From Camelus dromedarius (Eukaryota), in contig NC_087443.1 of the NCBI RefSeq assembly GCF_036321535.1, positions 60,760,001 to 60,824,000 on the forward strand: DNA of 64,000 nt, given 5' to 3'. Shown one piece after another: positions 1-11,760 of the stretch. The notes below the pieces were generated by a model. It was not told the origin of the DNA. It did no database searches and saw only the letters and a list, made by a program, of their open reading frames with translations. The stretch's first letter is position 1, and the number at the start of each line of letters is the position of its first letter. Position numbers and translations under genes: made by a program.

Positions 1-373
1 AAAGGCAGTTAAGCACTTCCCCAAGGCTGGCTTAGTCAGCCCAGAACTTCCAGGGTTCCAAGGTGGGGCTCAGCCAAAAATGGGAGGAGCAAAAGGATTC
101 TGAGAGCAGCCTTTTGTGGGCCACAACCTGCTCCTAACTTACTCCATCCTGCCCCAGTGGCAAGCTCCAGAGAGCCTGTGGGACTCTGAACACTCAGGCA
201 CAGGCCTGGGACAGACTAGCTCCTCAGTAGAGTGAAGCCAAGGGAGAGAAATAAGAAAGCAACACCGTGGTAGGAGGTACTAAGCCTCCAGACCCTTCGA
301 CCAGGCAGCCTGGCATCCTTGTCATCTGTTAGCACTGAGTAAGCCACTAGATAACCATGTGTTGGGAAAAACA

Positions 374-520
374 TAAATTCAATCGTTTAATCCTCACAAC
401 AACCCTACTGGGTGGGTACCATTGGAATCCTCACTCTACAGATGAGAAAATCAAGAAGTCAAGGAATCTGCCTGGAGTTACAGAGCGACAGAGCAAGCAA
501 CCAGTGCCTAAGCTCCAAGC
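374..520 (-). mobile_element. MIR
   Basis: tttaatcctcacaacaaccctac ... ctctacagatgagaaaatc. Confidence 0.7.
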
Positions 521-1562
521 TGAGTTCTGAGAGCTACCAATGACCAAGGAGGCAATTAGCAGTGCCATTTGTTCTTCCTCTATAGGAGCTGACGTATTAA
601 AATCAGAGATCCAGATGAATAAGAAAGGCTTCACCACTAAAAGTCCTTATGTCAAGTTCTGTAAAATGGGTTCCCAAAGATGCTTGGTTTAAAGGTTAAA
701 TTCCAAAGAACCATCCCAACACCTTTCCAAACTGCATCTACAGGGTAGCAATGACCCACAAGGACAGGCCTGATGGTGCTCCTGACCAGGACCAGCACAT
801 CGCACAAGCTGCTTCTTGCCGTGCAGCCGCCTGACACACAGGAAATGAGCCCTTCAGGCAAGGAGGAATGGGGGAAGCAGCATTCCTTTCTTGTGAGATT
901 CTGTAAATAGGGAGGGGGGTAGGGGAACAGACCAGAAAGTAGGGGAAGAAAAGTTCTGATTTGAGAGTTTCCACTGGCTCTCAGAAACCCCACTGGCTCA
1001 TCAATGAGTCCTTTCAGGGTTCCCTCTCCCCAGCTAAGTTATCATTTCCTGTAAAGCACACTACACCCATTGATGGGATATCAGCAAGTCCCAACAGTTT
1101 ATGCTGGAAGGACATGAGGAGATTGGACACGAATTGACAGGCAAGAGGAAGAAGGCAGGACAGTAAGGAGTGGCTTTCAACCCCATATTCAATGGGATAT
1201 TCAGCCCCATATTGTTAGATTAAGAGAGGATCTGTAACACAGGAAGCTGGCTCACCTGTGGCACATCTCCTAGGTAGAGCGATAAGGACAATGGGATAAA
1301 ACCAGGTACTTGGGGGCAAACATGCAAGTCTAGCCTCTCCAAGATGACTCACCACCAGAGGCCCGCAAAGGAAGGAGCAGACCTTGGTTGGGAGGGACAG
1401 AAGTGGGTGTCTCTTTTTTGTGTTTCATTTGCCTAAACTAGGCTCACAGCCCTAAGGAAGAACCTAGAATCTCTCGGCTTTCCCTTCCTAGTGTGGGGAA
1501 GGTTGTTGCCCTACTCACAATCATTCTGCCTTGTCTGGCGCCTGCCTCTGATAAACAGGGGT

Positions 1563-1579
1563 GTGCCCCCTAGTGGCCA
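1563..1579 (-). promoter_or_regulatory. Strong CTCF motif in intron 2
   Basis: Minus strand reads TGGCCACTAGGGGGCAC, a near-perfect match to the CTCF core TGGCCACCAGGGGGCGC. Confidence 0.6.
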
Positions 1580-2594
1580 CAACTGTGTTCATGCCCCTCT
1601 GCCCCAGGCCACAGTGATTGGTGCAGAGAGGGCACCTGACCCAAGCCAGGCCAATCAGAGTCTTCCTTGGGATTTTTCAATCTGGAACTGGAAGAAAGGC
1701 AGTCTCTCTGCAGTTGGGAACCACAAGATATGCAGTTCTGGAGCTACTGACAGCTGGTTCCTCAGAAAGCTCAGGAAAGTGCCCAGAGAGATGTTGAGAC
1801 AAGACAGCGGGAGAGCAGCCCCTGTGCAGGTGTTCCTGAAGCCCACCACCTCACTCCCCTTTCCACCATCTGGCAGGCTGCATGAGCTTCTCTGGTATAT
1901 CCTTCCAACCAAGTCTCCTTGTTGTCTAAGCCAGTATGAGTGTAAAACAATCACTTGTAACCCAAAGAGGCCTAACCAGATTAGTTGGCATCAAGGGAAA
2001 TGTCTACAATGGAGCTGTGGGATCCATGCTTCTAACCTCCTGTGTGACATGCCTGCGTGTGTTAGAGACACACATATCATACATGTGTACAAACAGAGCA
2101 ACAAGAGCTTTATTTGGTTAGACAGACACAGTGGTATGCCCGGTTTGTGCCTGTAGTTCAAGAAATTGCTTATTTTCTGTTTCAGTCTTTTCTGTATGTT
2201 TGCTTTTCTTTGCCTGAAATGCTGTGGTGGTTTGTGTCTCACCCTGGATGTTTATAGACACATGTCTGCTCAGGCACACAGCACCCACAGCCATCCTCCC
2301 TCCTCTCCGCCTTGGTTTCCTACCCCCCAGAGGAAGGAGGGTGACAAAGCACGACTGTGAAGACCATCGGAGGAAGCCAACAAAGCCCCAAGTGTCTGCC
2401 TGTAACATCCACGACTGAGCCCAGCCCAGCTCAACCGCTGAGATTCCCTCCTCAGTCCCTCTGCTCTGCCTAGACTCTGACCCTGAGAGCTGAGGCGGGA
2501 GTTCTCTGGATGACGCCATGAAAGAGGCCAGCCCACCAGAGACTCAGGCCACTTCAGGTAGAACGAAACACCATGCGAGCTCAGACCCACTCAC

Positions 2595-2675
2595 CTGCAG
2601 GTCAAAGAACTTGCTGTATCTCCGGTAGATGGTCTGGGAAGTGGAGTCGGACCAGGTGACATTGATGATGTATAC
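2595..2675 (-). CDS. SH3PXD2A: SH3PXD2A (Tks5) coding exon 2, PX domain including the YRRYS motif
   Basis: Translation [27 protein letters not shown] continues exon 1 in frame. Acceptor ...ctcttacctttccccacAG|GTA; donor CAG|GTGAGT; 81 nt, phase 0-0. Confidence 0.97.
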
Positions 2676-2846
2676 CTGTGGGGAAAGGTAAGAGCAGGTA
2701 AGTGGGTGACTAAGGCTTGGCATTATGCTGTGCCAGGCATCGTTTAACTGTGGGTGGTCCATGGCCAGGACCATTCTTTTTCTCATCTCTGTCCCCAGGG
2801 CTTAGCACATGCCAGGTACACATGGATACTACAGATATGTGTCTAA

Positions 2847-2862
2847 ACACACACACACACAC
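2847..2862. repeat. (AC)8 microsatellite
   Basis: Read directly. Confidence 0.9.
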
Positions 2863-3149
2863 ATCTATAAGGATATTCAATAAAATGCTAAGGATGATTA
2901 TCTTAAGAGGGCAGGGTTACAAGTGGTTTTTAATTCCTTTTTGTTTATATGTATTTTACACAATGAAAATAAATTTGGTGTTGTTTAAAAATTTAAACAG
3001 CTAATTTCCACTAGTTATCAAACTTTATGGTGAAGGAGATTCCACAAAGGGCCTTCCAAAATTCCAGATGTCAAGACCTCACCCCTGAAATTCTGCATAA
3101 GTAGACCTGGGCTGGGGGTGGGGGGCAGTGCTTAGGGATCTACATTTTA

Positions 3150-3305
3150 TTTTATTTTATTTCAAATTATTTTTATAGAGCAGTTTTAGGTTCACAGAAA
3201 AACTGAGAAGTACAGGGAGTTCCCGTTTATCCCCTGCCCCCACACATGCACAGCCTCTTCCGTTATCAACACCCCTCAGCAGAGTGGTGCATTTGTTGAA
3301 ATTGG
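3150..3305 (-). mobile_element. LINE-1 3' UTR fragment inserted in a MER5-like remnant
   Basis: ttatagagcagttttaggttcacagaaaaactgagaagtacagggagttccc. Confidence 0.75.
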
Positions 3306-3989
3306 GCATCTATGTTTTAAACAAACCACTCCAGGTTATTCTGCCACTGTTGACCCTCAGAACTCACTCTGAACCCGCTTCAGGAGACTAAGTATTTCAG
3401 GGATGTGTGATTCATCCCAGTATCCCTATGTCTTAGCTCTGCACCTGGCACAGATCGCATGCTCAGAAAACATTCTGCTGCATTGAACAACCAAACTGAC
3501 CTTCTGGATAAGAGGTCAGTTTGCAGGATGGAAGTTAGTTTATGGAAGATTTGCAAACTTTTCTGAAATGAAGGAATTTTAGGACCCCATTCCCAATGTC
3601 ACCCCAGTTCCTAGTGCTCAATCTGGCTGTCTGAGACTACTGCCTCAGGCCACTCTGGAAGGCTCACCTGGTCCAGGAGGTGGGCGGGACTGCTGACTGG
3701 AGAATGAGAGAAAGTCACTGGCCCACACAATCTGACCTAATTCCACACCATTTCTGTCCCTCTTACCTAAACCCACACCAAAGACACGCCTTCCTGGGAG
3801 AGGTCTTCATTACAGGGAGGGTCCCCTCACACAGTCTCGGGGCTGTTCCACTGAACATCCCCCCTGGTGCTTGCTGTGATTTCTCCAGGTACAGAGTTAA
3901 GGGAGGGTGACCCAGCATTAAGACATGGGCAAGACGCCCACCTGCTTCCTCCCTCAGAGGACACTGAGCAGCTGTAGGTCACAGCACTA

Positions 3990-4095
3990 GTTCCCTTGCC
4001 GGGATGCCCCTTCTGTAAGAATCACCTGAGGAGCTCTGTAAAATCCAGATTCCCAGGCCTCTGCCCAGGGACTCTGATTCAGCAGGTCCGAGGGA
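3990..4095. mobile_element. MER5A-like hAT MITE fragment
   Basis: agaatcacctgaggagctctgtaaaatccagattcccaggcctctgcccagggactctgattcagcaggtc. Confidence 0.7.
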
Positions 4096-4241
4096 CTGAA
4101 TCCACCAGAGAGAAGAACAAACTGGCCAGAGAAGCCAGGGTCATAGCCACTGTGAGAAGGAAGGAACATTAGCTAAGAGGAGCAGCATTTAGACACCTTG
4201 GCATCAGAGTGGCTAACTTTGCCAGATGCCTGGAGCAGGGC

Positions 4242-4609
4242 TGTCTTGGTCTGCTCTGGCTGCTATAACATAATACCACCAACTGGGTGGCTTAGACAGC
4301 AACATTTATGTCCCACAGTCATGGAAGCTGGAAGTCCAAGATCAAGGTTCAAGGTTCCTGGTAGAACCCATTTCCTGGCTTGTAGATGGCTGCCTTCTTG
4401 CCATATCTTCACATGGTGAAGACAGAGTGAGTTCTAGTCTCTTCTTCTTATAATCCCCTCACTGGGACCCTGCCCTCCTGACCTCATCTAAACATAATTA
4501 CTTCCCAAAGGTCCCACGTCATACACCATCGCACTGGGGATCAGGGCTTCAGCATGTGGATTTGGGGTGGGTAACAGGGGGAGGGGGCATGAACATTTAG
4601 TCCACAGTA
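4242..4609 (-). mobile_element. MaLR solo LTR (MLT1A/B-like)
   Basis: Starts tgtcttggtctgctctggctgctataac and ends catttagtccacagta; contains typical MLT1 internal motifs (ggaagtccaagatcaagg, ttcccaaaggtccc). Confidence 0.85.
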
Positions 4610-4994
4610 AGGATTTTGCACACAGGAGTGTGAGGCTTTATATTTGGCTGCTCAGTCAACAGCCAAGCAAGCAGGCTCTGAATCTAGTCCCTTCCCTATC
4701 CAATCTCTATGTCACAGAGTTAGCCTCGTGCAGTGAGGAGTGTTTGTTCTGAAATACATCCAAGGAGAGGGCCATAAAGCAAAGCAAATACACCTGAGTG
4801 TTGCCACCCTGAAATGGCGTATTTATGACATGTTTTATGTGATCCCAGTAAGAAAGAACATGAAGTAAAAAGGTCATCCCTATCCTCACAAGCTCAAACT
4901 ATGATGATAATAAATACATAGGGATATGCTTTGCTTTATATCATATATAAACATACATCTCATACAATAAATTGTAGAAGCCATTTAGGTAATG

Positions 4995-5220
4995 GTTACT
5001 TCATGCCAGCACAGTGTAAAGCAACCATGTGCATTAGCTCATTTAATCTTCAGGCCAATGAGGTAGCTACCACTATATGCCCATTTTGCACAAGAGGAAG
5101 CCGAGGTTCAGAGAAGCCAAATAACTTGCCCAAGATCACACAGCTGGGAAAATACAGGGCAAAGGACTGAACCCAGGTCCAGCTGAGTCTAATTCCCCAT
5201 GCTCTTAACCACACTGGACT
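4995..5220 (-). mobile_element. MIR
   Basis: ctcatttaatcttcagg ... aataacttgcccaagatcacacagctggg ... gctcttaaccac. Confidence 0.85.
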
Positions 5221-8200
5221 GTCTCCCTATATGTAAATTCAGGAGTGAGGATATTTAAATCAAACAACTTGATCAGACTGAATTTTTAAATAAAGCTTTG
5301 GGTGATCTGAAAAGTCTATCCAACCCTCATTTAGGGGGTAAACCTAGAGGAACATGAGGCAGGCATGTTAATTCTGAGGGCCCAAGACCAAAAAGAGACA
5401 AAACTTGGGGGCCCAGACAGAAATTAGTGGTTAAGAACACTACAAAGCCGGTGGACACAGAGGAAACTCTCATACTAAACTGGCTTCACCAACTGTGGCA
5501 GTTGTCACAGGGGTTATAATCCACCCGTCCCGCATGCTGACTCCCAGCTTCTTGGCTCCCAAATCCTGCCTGCTACCTCTGCGCTCCCTCCTGCATCCCC
5601 CCCTTCCCGCAGACGCTGCGCATGACCAGGTGAGCCTTCCTGACCTCTGCTGAGGCAGATGCGCCATAAGGAGGCCCCAAGCAGCTGGGCCCTCCTGGGA
5701 GAGTGTCTGCACCCGCTCGCAGGCCATTAGACAGCCGTCTTTCTCCCTGGCCAACCAAGCGGGACCCAGAGGAAGGGCTTAACTGGGGTTTAACATGACC
5801 CGTGCTCCCTCCACGCTAGTAATTAGGGGCTTCCCTTCACCTCCCAGAGAGAATTAATCACAGGCTCACTGCCTGTGGCAGCTGGGAGGCCTCTCCTTGT
5901 GCAGAGGAGGAACCTAGGACCTGGGATGGCGATTTGCCAGGGAAACAGGCACAGACTTGCAGTCAACCACTCCCGGGTTTCACTCTCAGGACCTTCCTTG
6001 TCATCAGCGGTGAGGCCTCAGCGCAGCCGCCCAGACTCACAGACTCTCCCTCTACTTGATGCGCGCAGCCTTCAGGGCTGCTGAGCAGTCGTGCTCACCT
6101 CGTTCGTGACAGGGCTGGGACAGGAACACACACCTTCTATTTCCTAGTCTAGGACCAACTAGCACATGACCAAGGCATACCTGCCTTAGAAAGTCCTTTC
6201 TCCTTTACTCTTCAAAATAGGTGAAAAGTCATAGGGCATCGTCTCTGTCTAACCCTTTACCTGAACACACATGAAAGACAGGCCCTCTGGTGACTTAGGT
6301 GGGGGTGGTGGTGTGGGTGGGGAAATGAGCCACCATTCCCAGATTCTCCCAAACCTCTGGGATTTGCCAGAGCCCCCCACCCCCATCCCCAGCCTACCCT
6401 CCTGGATAAACAGTGTAAATCCTGAGCTGAAGAAATGGTCAGAGACCTCCCTGGAGATAAGCCCAGAGGATCTGCAGACAGCCTTCAGGCCCCTTTCCTA
6501 CATCTGGGCTGGAGGCTTGTCTGTCTTCTTCCAAACCTTGACCATCCTAGTTATCACTCCAGATGAGCAATGGTGCACAAAACTCCAGCCCGGCTCACAC
6601 CCCCCACCCCCATATCAGAGTTTCTCAAGCCTCCCTGAGCTGGCCAGGCTGGAAACCCTAGCGATAAACTGCAGAGAAAGAGCAGGTGGAGGGGAAGGGG
6701 GACAGGGCAAGGGTCATCGGAGAAAGCCAGCTCTGTTTACTGGGCCTGCATTAGGGGCCCAGATAAACTCTCCTCCGGACCCGGGAGCAGCCAAGATAAC
6801 ATTACCCAGCAGCTGGGTCTCAAGAAAGGTTTGCAATTAAACATCCTGCTTCCACACACTTTACTTGGAGTTATATTTCCCGGGTGGAGTTTCCCTTCCT
6901 TCTAGATTTAAAAAATCCATGGATTCAATTTCCCCGGCTCTGGCCATTGCAGGCAGATGGCAAGCATCTAGGAACTGCATCCAGCCTCCCCCAGAGAGGA
7001 AGCCCCAGAGTCTCACGTTCACCTGCCACGCTCATGCTCTCCAGAGGGGGATCTCTGGCACAGACACAACTACGGAAACTCCACGCCCCGGTCCCAACAG
7101 CCCACCTACTCTGAGGCCATCTTAGGCCGCCTTCCGTCTGCTCAGCTCATTAAGCCCAGAAATGTCTGAGGCTTCTGAGACTTCCGAGTCCTGCTCCTTT
7201 CAACAAAGAAATAGCCCTGATGCAAATCAGACCCACAGCTCAACTCCAGAGCACTGAGAATGAAGTCCAGCGCAATTCCCGTGGAGGGAGGTTCGGGATC
7301 AGACCTGGGCTGTGACCAGTTAATGACCCAAAGTTATGGCCCAATGATTCCTAGAAGGCCTGGGACCTGCCCACGTTCAGTTAGAAAGTGCCAGTAAGTA
7401 CCTGCTGCTCCCTTTGCTGGTGAAGAGTACAGTTAGAGGCAAGGACTTGGGAACTGCGGGGGAAATCCTCCATTTTCATGGTGCTGTGGCTCAGTTTACT
7501 GGGGAGGCCTTATTTTCCCTGGACCCCTGCCAGCTGCCTCTGGCCCCAGGCCAGATGGAAACTCAGAGACAACCTTCCTTCACCTGCTCACACTAACAAA
7601 GGGTGGGATTAGTTGGCTAGGACTAGGGCCGTCGCATACAGTTACATAAGTTGTTCTCTGCACAAAGACTGCCTGGGACAAGCAGGGGCTGAAATTTAAC
7701 CTATACTCTGAACCCCGAACTGTGCACCCTGGCTCAGGTCTGCAGGCACACAGAGAAAGGAGCACCTCATCCTAATGCATACAGAATAGTTCTGGCCATG
7801 ACACAGCACCTTGTCCCTTGGCTGGGTTGTCATTACTTTCAGGGTCCCTGATGTTACAGCATCTCCTCATGACCCAGGTCTTCAGCTTCCCCAGATCTTC
7901 TAGATGGAAGGATGCTTAACACTTGGGACTGACTGCTAAAGGCTATGGCTCCAGAAGTCTGAAGGAATACATTCCAACAGCCAGTAAAGGGGAATTCACA
8001 TTTAGGGACATGATCGCTGCTCTGGCTTCTTGCTGGGAAAGTTCATCATGTCAAGTTCTTCTCCAAGAAGATGATGCCAGCCCATCTAAGGTACCAACTG
8101 GCTCTAATCTTCTACTCAAAGGGCCCCATGTACTAAGTCCTATCACGGGCAGGGTAGTCCCAAATTAGGCCAGGCCGATCCTCAGGACCCAGGCCACCCA

Positions 8201-8929
8201 GCAGAGCACAGAACACCCGGGCTGCTGCTCCCAGGGCAAGTGGCTCCACCAAATGCTGGGCTGATGCCCCTTCTCCCCACTACTGGGGCCCAGTACCCCA
8301 CCAGTAAGCAGCAAAGGCCCTGGTGTCAAAGAGCCCCCTTGACAATACTTGGCTGCACCCAGATTGAAAGCCCCCCAGATTCTATCCTCTGACCTGGACC
8401 CACTAGCCTAGCAAGTCTGTGCTCATCTCTTGGGATGCTCATAGTCTGCTTTGCACAATTAGCCAGTTATTCTGTCTGCGTTTGTTTGCTAACTGTTGGC
8501 TCAGAACAACCCAGCACGAGACACATGCTATATCCCCATCCATTTAACATGGGTGACTACGCCCTCCCGGCTCTCCCCATAGGCAGCATCTCTCTTCTCC
8601 CCACTTCCCCCGAGGCTCCCCAGGCCTGCCAGTCCACTGGGCACACTGAAATATGACCAGCTGGCTGATGAGTGAAAACCCATGGGGTCTGAAACACCAA
8701 AGAGGTCACTAGCAGCAACACTTGGGGACTGCCCACTCCCCCTCCCACCCACCACCTCCAGAAGCAAAGCCTCCATGGCCAAGGGGCAGAATACAAATAT
8801 ATTGGGCTCAGTGAAAAGGTCTTTGCCAACCCAAAACCGTCCCAGCAAAATCAAGTTCAATGGCCTGTGGCCACCTGGCTGCAGACCTGTGCCAAATGGC
8901 CCTCATCTGGGAAAAGGTCTTTTTTTCCT

Positions 8930-10010
8930 TTTCGAGTTTTATTTGAGATATAATTGACATACAGCACTGTATAAGCCCAAGGTGTACAGCATAGTGATCT
9001 GACTTACATCATGAAATGATTACCACAATCAGCTTAGTGAATACCCATCATTTCATATAGATAGAACATTAAAGAAACAGAAAAAAAAATCTTTTTCGTT
9101 GTGATGAGAACTCTTAGGATTTACTCTCTTAACAACTTTCACGTATAACATACAGCAGTGTTAATTATACCCACCATGTTATACATTACACCCCTGGCGC
9201 TTCTTTATCTTATGAGTGGGCATTTGTACCTTTTGACTGCCTTCATCCAATTCCTCCTCCCCTACCCCACTCTGGTAACCATAAATCTGATCTCTTTTCC
9301 ATGAGCTTGTTTGTTTTTGAAATATAATTGACCTACAACACTATGTTAGTTCTTGGTACACAACACGGTGATTCGGTATTTCTATACATTTCAAAATGAT
9401 CACCACAGTAAGTCTAGTTACCTTCTGTCACCACACAAAGATATTACATAATTATTGACTATATTCACCATGCTGTAATTTCATCCCTGTGACTCACTTA
9501 TTTTATAGCTCAAAGTCTGTACCTCTTAATCTCCTCCGCCTATTTTTCTCTTTCCCCCACCCCCTCCCCTCTGGCAACCACCTGTTTGTTCTCTGTATCT
9601 ATGACTCTGTTTCTGTTGTTTGTTCTTTTTTTTTGTTTTTAAAATTCCACATATAAGTGAAATGACACAGTATTTAGCTTTCTCTGTCTGATTTATTCTC
9701 ACTTAAAGTAATATCATCTAGGTCCATTCATATTGTCGCAAATGGTAAGATTGCATTCTTTTTATGGCTGAGTAACATTCCATTATATATGAATATGTAC
9801 CACATCTCTTTATCTGTTCATCTGTTGATGGGCATTTAGGTTGCTTCCTCATCTTGGCTATTGTAAATAATGTTGTAATGAACATAAGGATGCATGTATC
9901 TTTTATAATCAGTGTTTTCATTTTTTTTTTCAGATAAATACCCAAAAGAGGAGTTGCTGGATTGTTCGGTAGTTCTAGTTTTAATTTCTTGAAGAACCTC
10001 CACACTTTCC
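8930..10010 (-). mobile_element. LINE-1 3' end (ORF2 C-terminus plus 3' UTR), truncated by the assembly gap
   Basis: Minus-strand translation KLKLELPNNPATPLLGIY...MFITTLFTIAKMRKQPKCPSTDEQIK matches the L1 ORF2 C-terminal region. Confidence 0.92.
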
Positions 10011-10155
10011 NNNNNNNNNNNNNNNNNNNNNNNNNNNNNNNNNNNNNNNNNNNNNNNNNNNNNNNNNNNNNNNNNNNNNNNNNNNNNNNNNNNNNNNNNN
10101 NNNNNNNNNNNNNNNNNNNNNNNNNNNNNNNNNNNNNNNNNNNNNNNNNNNNNNN
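10011..10155. other. Assembly gap (N run)
   Basis: 145 N, at the end of an L1 fragment. Confidence 1.
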
Positions 10156-10434
10156 TAGCATTTGGGTAAAAGGGTTTTTCAAGGGATTTGGAGGAGGGGA
10201 TGATCAGCAGGCTCCTAAACCATATCAAATACCTTTGAGTGTTTCCAAGGTAGCCGGCACCCTCAGTGCCTGCCATCCTTCCCACGAATCGCAGGCCTCG
10301 ATTGGAGGGTGGTGTATAGGCAAGAGGATCTGGAGGAAGCTTCCACATCGCTGGTACCTCCATATATTCTCCTGCAAGATGGGGGTAATCGTGGTCACCT
10401 CACTCTGGGACTATTGTGAGGATTCAGGATCTAA

Positions 10435-10545
10435 CCCTGTATCTCCCAATTAGAACAGAAGCTCCCTGAAGGCAGATCTTGGCATTCTAATGCTCAGCAA
10501 GACACTTGACACCTAAGAGGTGCTTACTTAATGTTCCCTAAGTAA
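10435..10545 (+). mobile_element. L2 3' tail
   Basis: tctcccaattagaacagaagctccctgaaggcag. Confidence 0.6.
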
Positions 10546-10794
10546 GTAAAGGAACAAAGGAACCAGCAGATGTCGAGTAAGTGGTTTCGTGCCACGCTAG
10601 AGATGGGGCACAGTCCCCGACCTCCAGGCTCTCCCAACTCAGCTGGGGCAACCGGACTCACACATACAAATCAGGTAGGGAAACAGTGCCAGATGGAGTG
10701 ATTGGGTGCCAAAAAGTCAGGCTCAGAAAGGACCAAGGTAGCACTGGTATCATGGAAAAGAGAAATGGCTTTGAAAACATTTGATGAAAACATT

Positions 10795-10980
10795 TAAACT
10801 TTAGCTCCAACACCATTCTGCTGTGTGGGCCTGGGCATGTGTTTTAGCCTCTCTGAGTCAGGGTCTCTTTCGCTGCAAAGGGTGGCTCATCACAGGAGCT
10901 TCCCAATGAATGTGACGATGCACGTTGGGGTGCTTAGCACAGGGCCTGGCACATGGTAAGTGCCCAGTGAACCTTAGCTG
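10795..10980 (+). mobile_element. MIR
   Basis: gcttagcacagggcctggcacatggtaagtgcccagtgaacc. Confidence 0.7.
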
Positions 10981-11125
10981 TTTAGACTCTCTGGAAAAGG
11001 TGGGGAGAGGTGGGGAACTGACTTCTTTCCATTTGCCAGGAGACTTGGATCATGACACCAGGAATAGGAGTAGGAGGGGAGCAGGAAGTGAGAAACAGGG
11101 ATGCAGACAGACAGGGGCAGGGGAA

Positions 11126-11162
11126 CACCACACACACACACACGCACACAGACACACACACC
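11126..11162. repeat. Interrupted (CA)n microsatellite
   Basis: caccacacacacacacacgcacacagacacacacac. Confidence 0.85.
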
Positions 11163-11539
11163 CCACTACTAATAACAAGCCCGGCCTGGGAAAGGAGAAG
11201 AAGAAAAATAACTCTGCTGCCCAGGCCGGGGAGGACAATGCCCATCCTCAGGAGCACCTCGCTGAAAGGATGGACGAGCCGTGGCAGGTCTCTCGGGGTC
11301 GCAGGCTTTTTTTTTCCTTTTTTTTTTTCATGTTTCCTGGAGGGGAAATGAGTGTGCAAAGTAGGAGCTCCCAGGACTTACACACCCTATGCGGACCTTA
11401 AAAAAAGGTTCAGCTGTCAAAGCTCTTGCCTTACAATCACCAGAACTAGGGCAGAAATGACAGGAAGAGCCAGTTTTCACAATCCTTTTTCTTAAATGCA
11501 CAAACCAGTGGTCTCATTAGGAGTAACAAGAAGAGCCAG

Positions 11540-11760
11540 GCCCATTTACTGAGCACTTGCTGTCTTCTGGGCCTTGCTAAGCATTTTATCCATATGATCT
11601 CATGTAATCTTTACAATGATTCTGTGACGCAGGCGCTGTTATCACCTCCAGTTGATGGAATAAGAGAAAGAGAGAAATAACTGATCTACCTGAAGTCCTA
11701 GGGGCGGACGGAGGTCAGTTCAAACGTGGCGTCATGACCACTTTGTCCTCTTCGATAACT
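11540..11760 (-). mobile_element. MIR
   Basis: catttactgagcacttgc ... ctcatgtaatctttacaatg. Confidence 0.65.

Noticed and set aside
1491-2156. 221-aa plus-strand ORF (likewise 48260-48796, 178 aa, and 6271-6840, 189 aa)
   Set aside because: Antisense within introns, with no domain similarity I recognise and no supporting exon structure; compatible with chance.
9718-10363. ORFs resembling reverse-transcriptase-associated protein
   Set aside because: Decayed L1 ORF2 C-terminus, artificially extended across an N gap.
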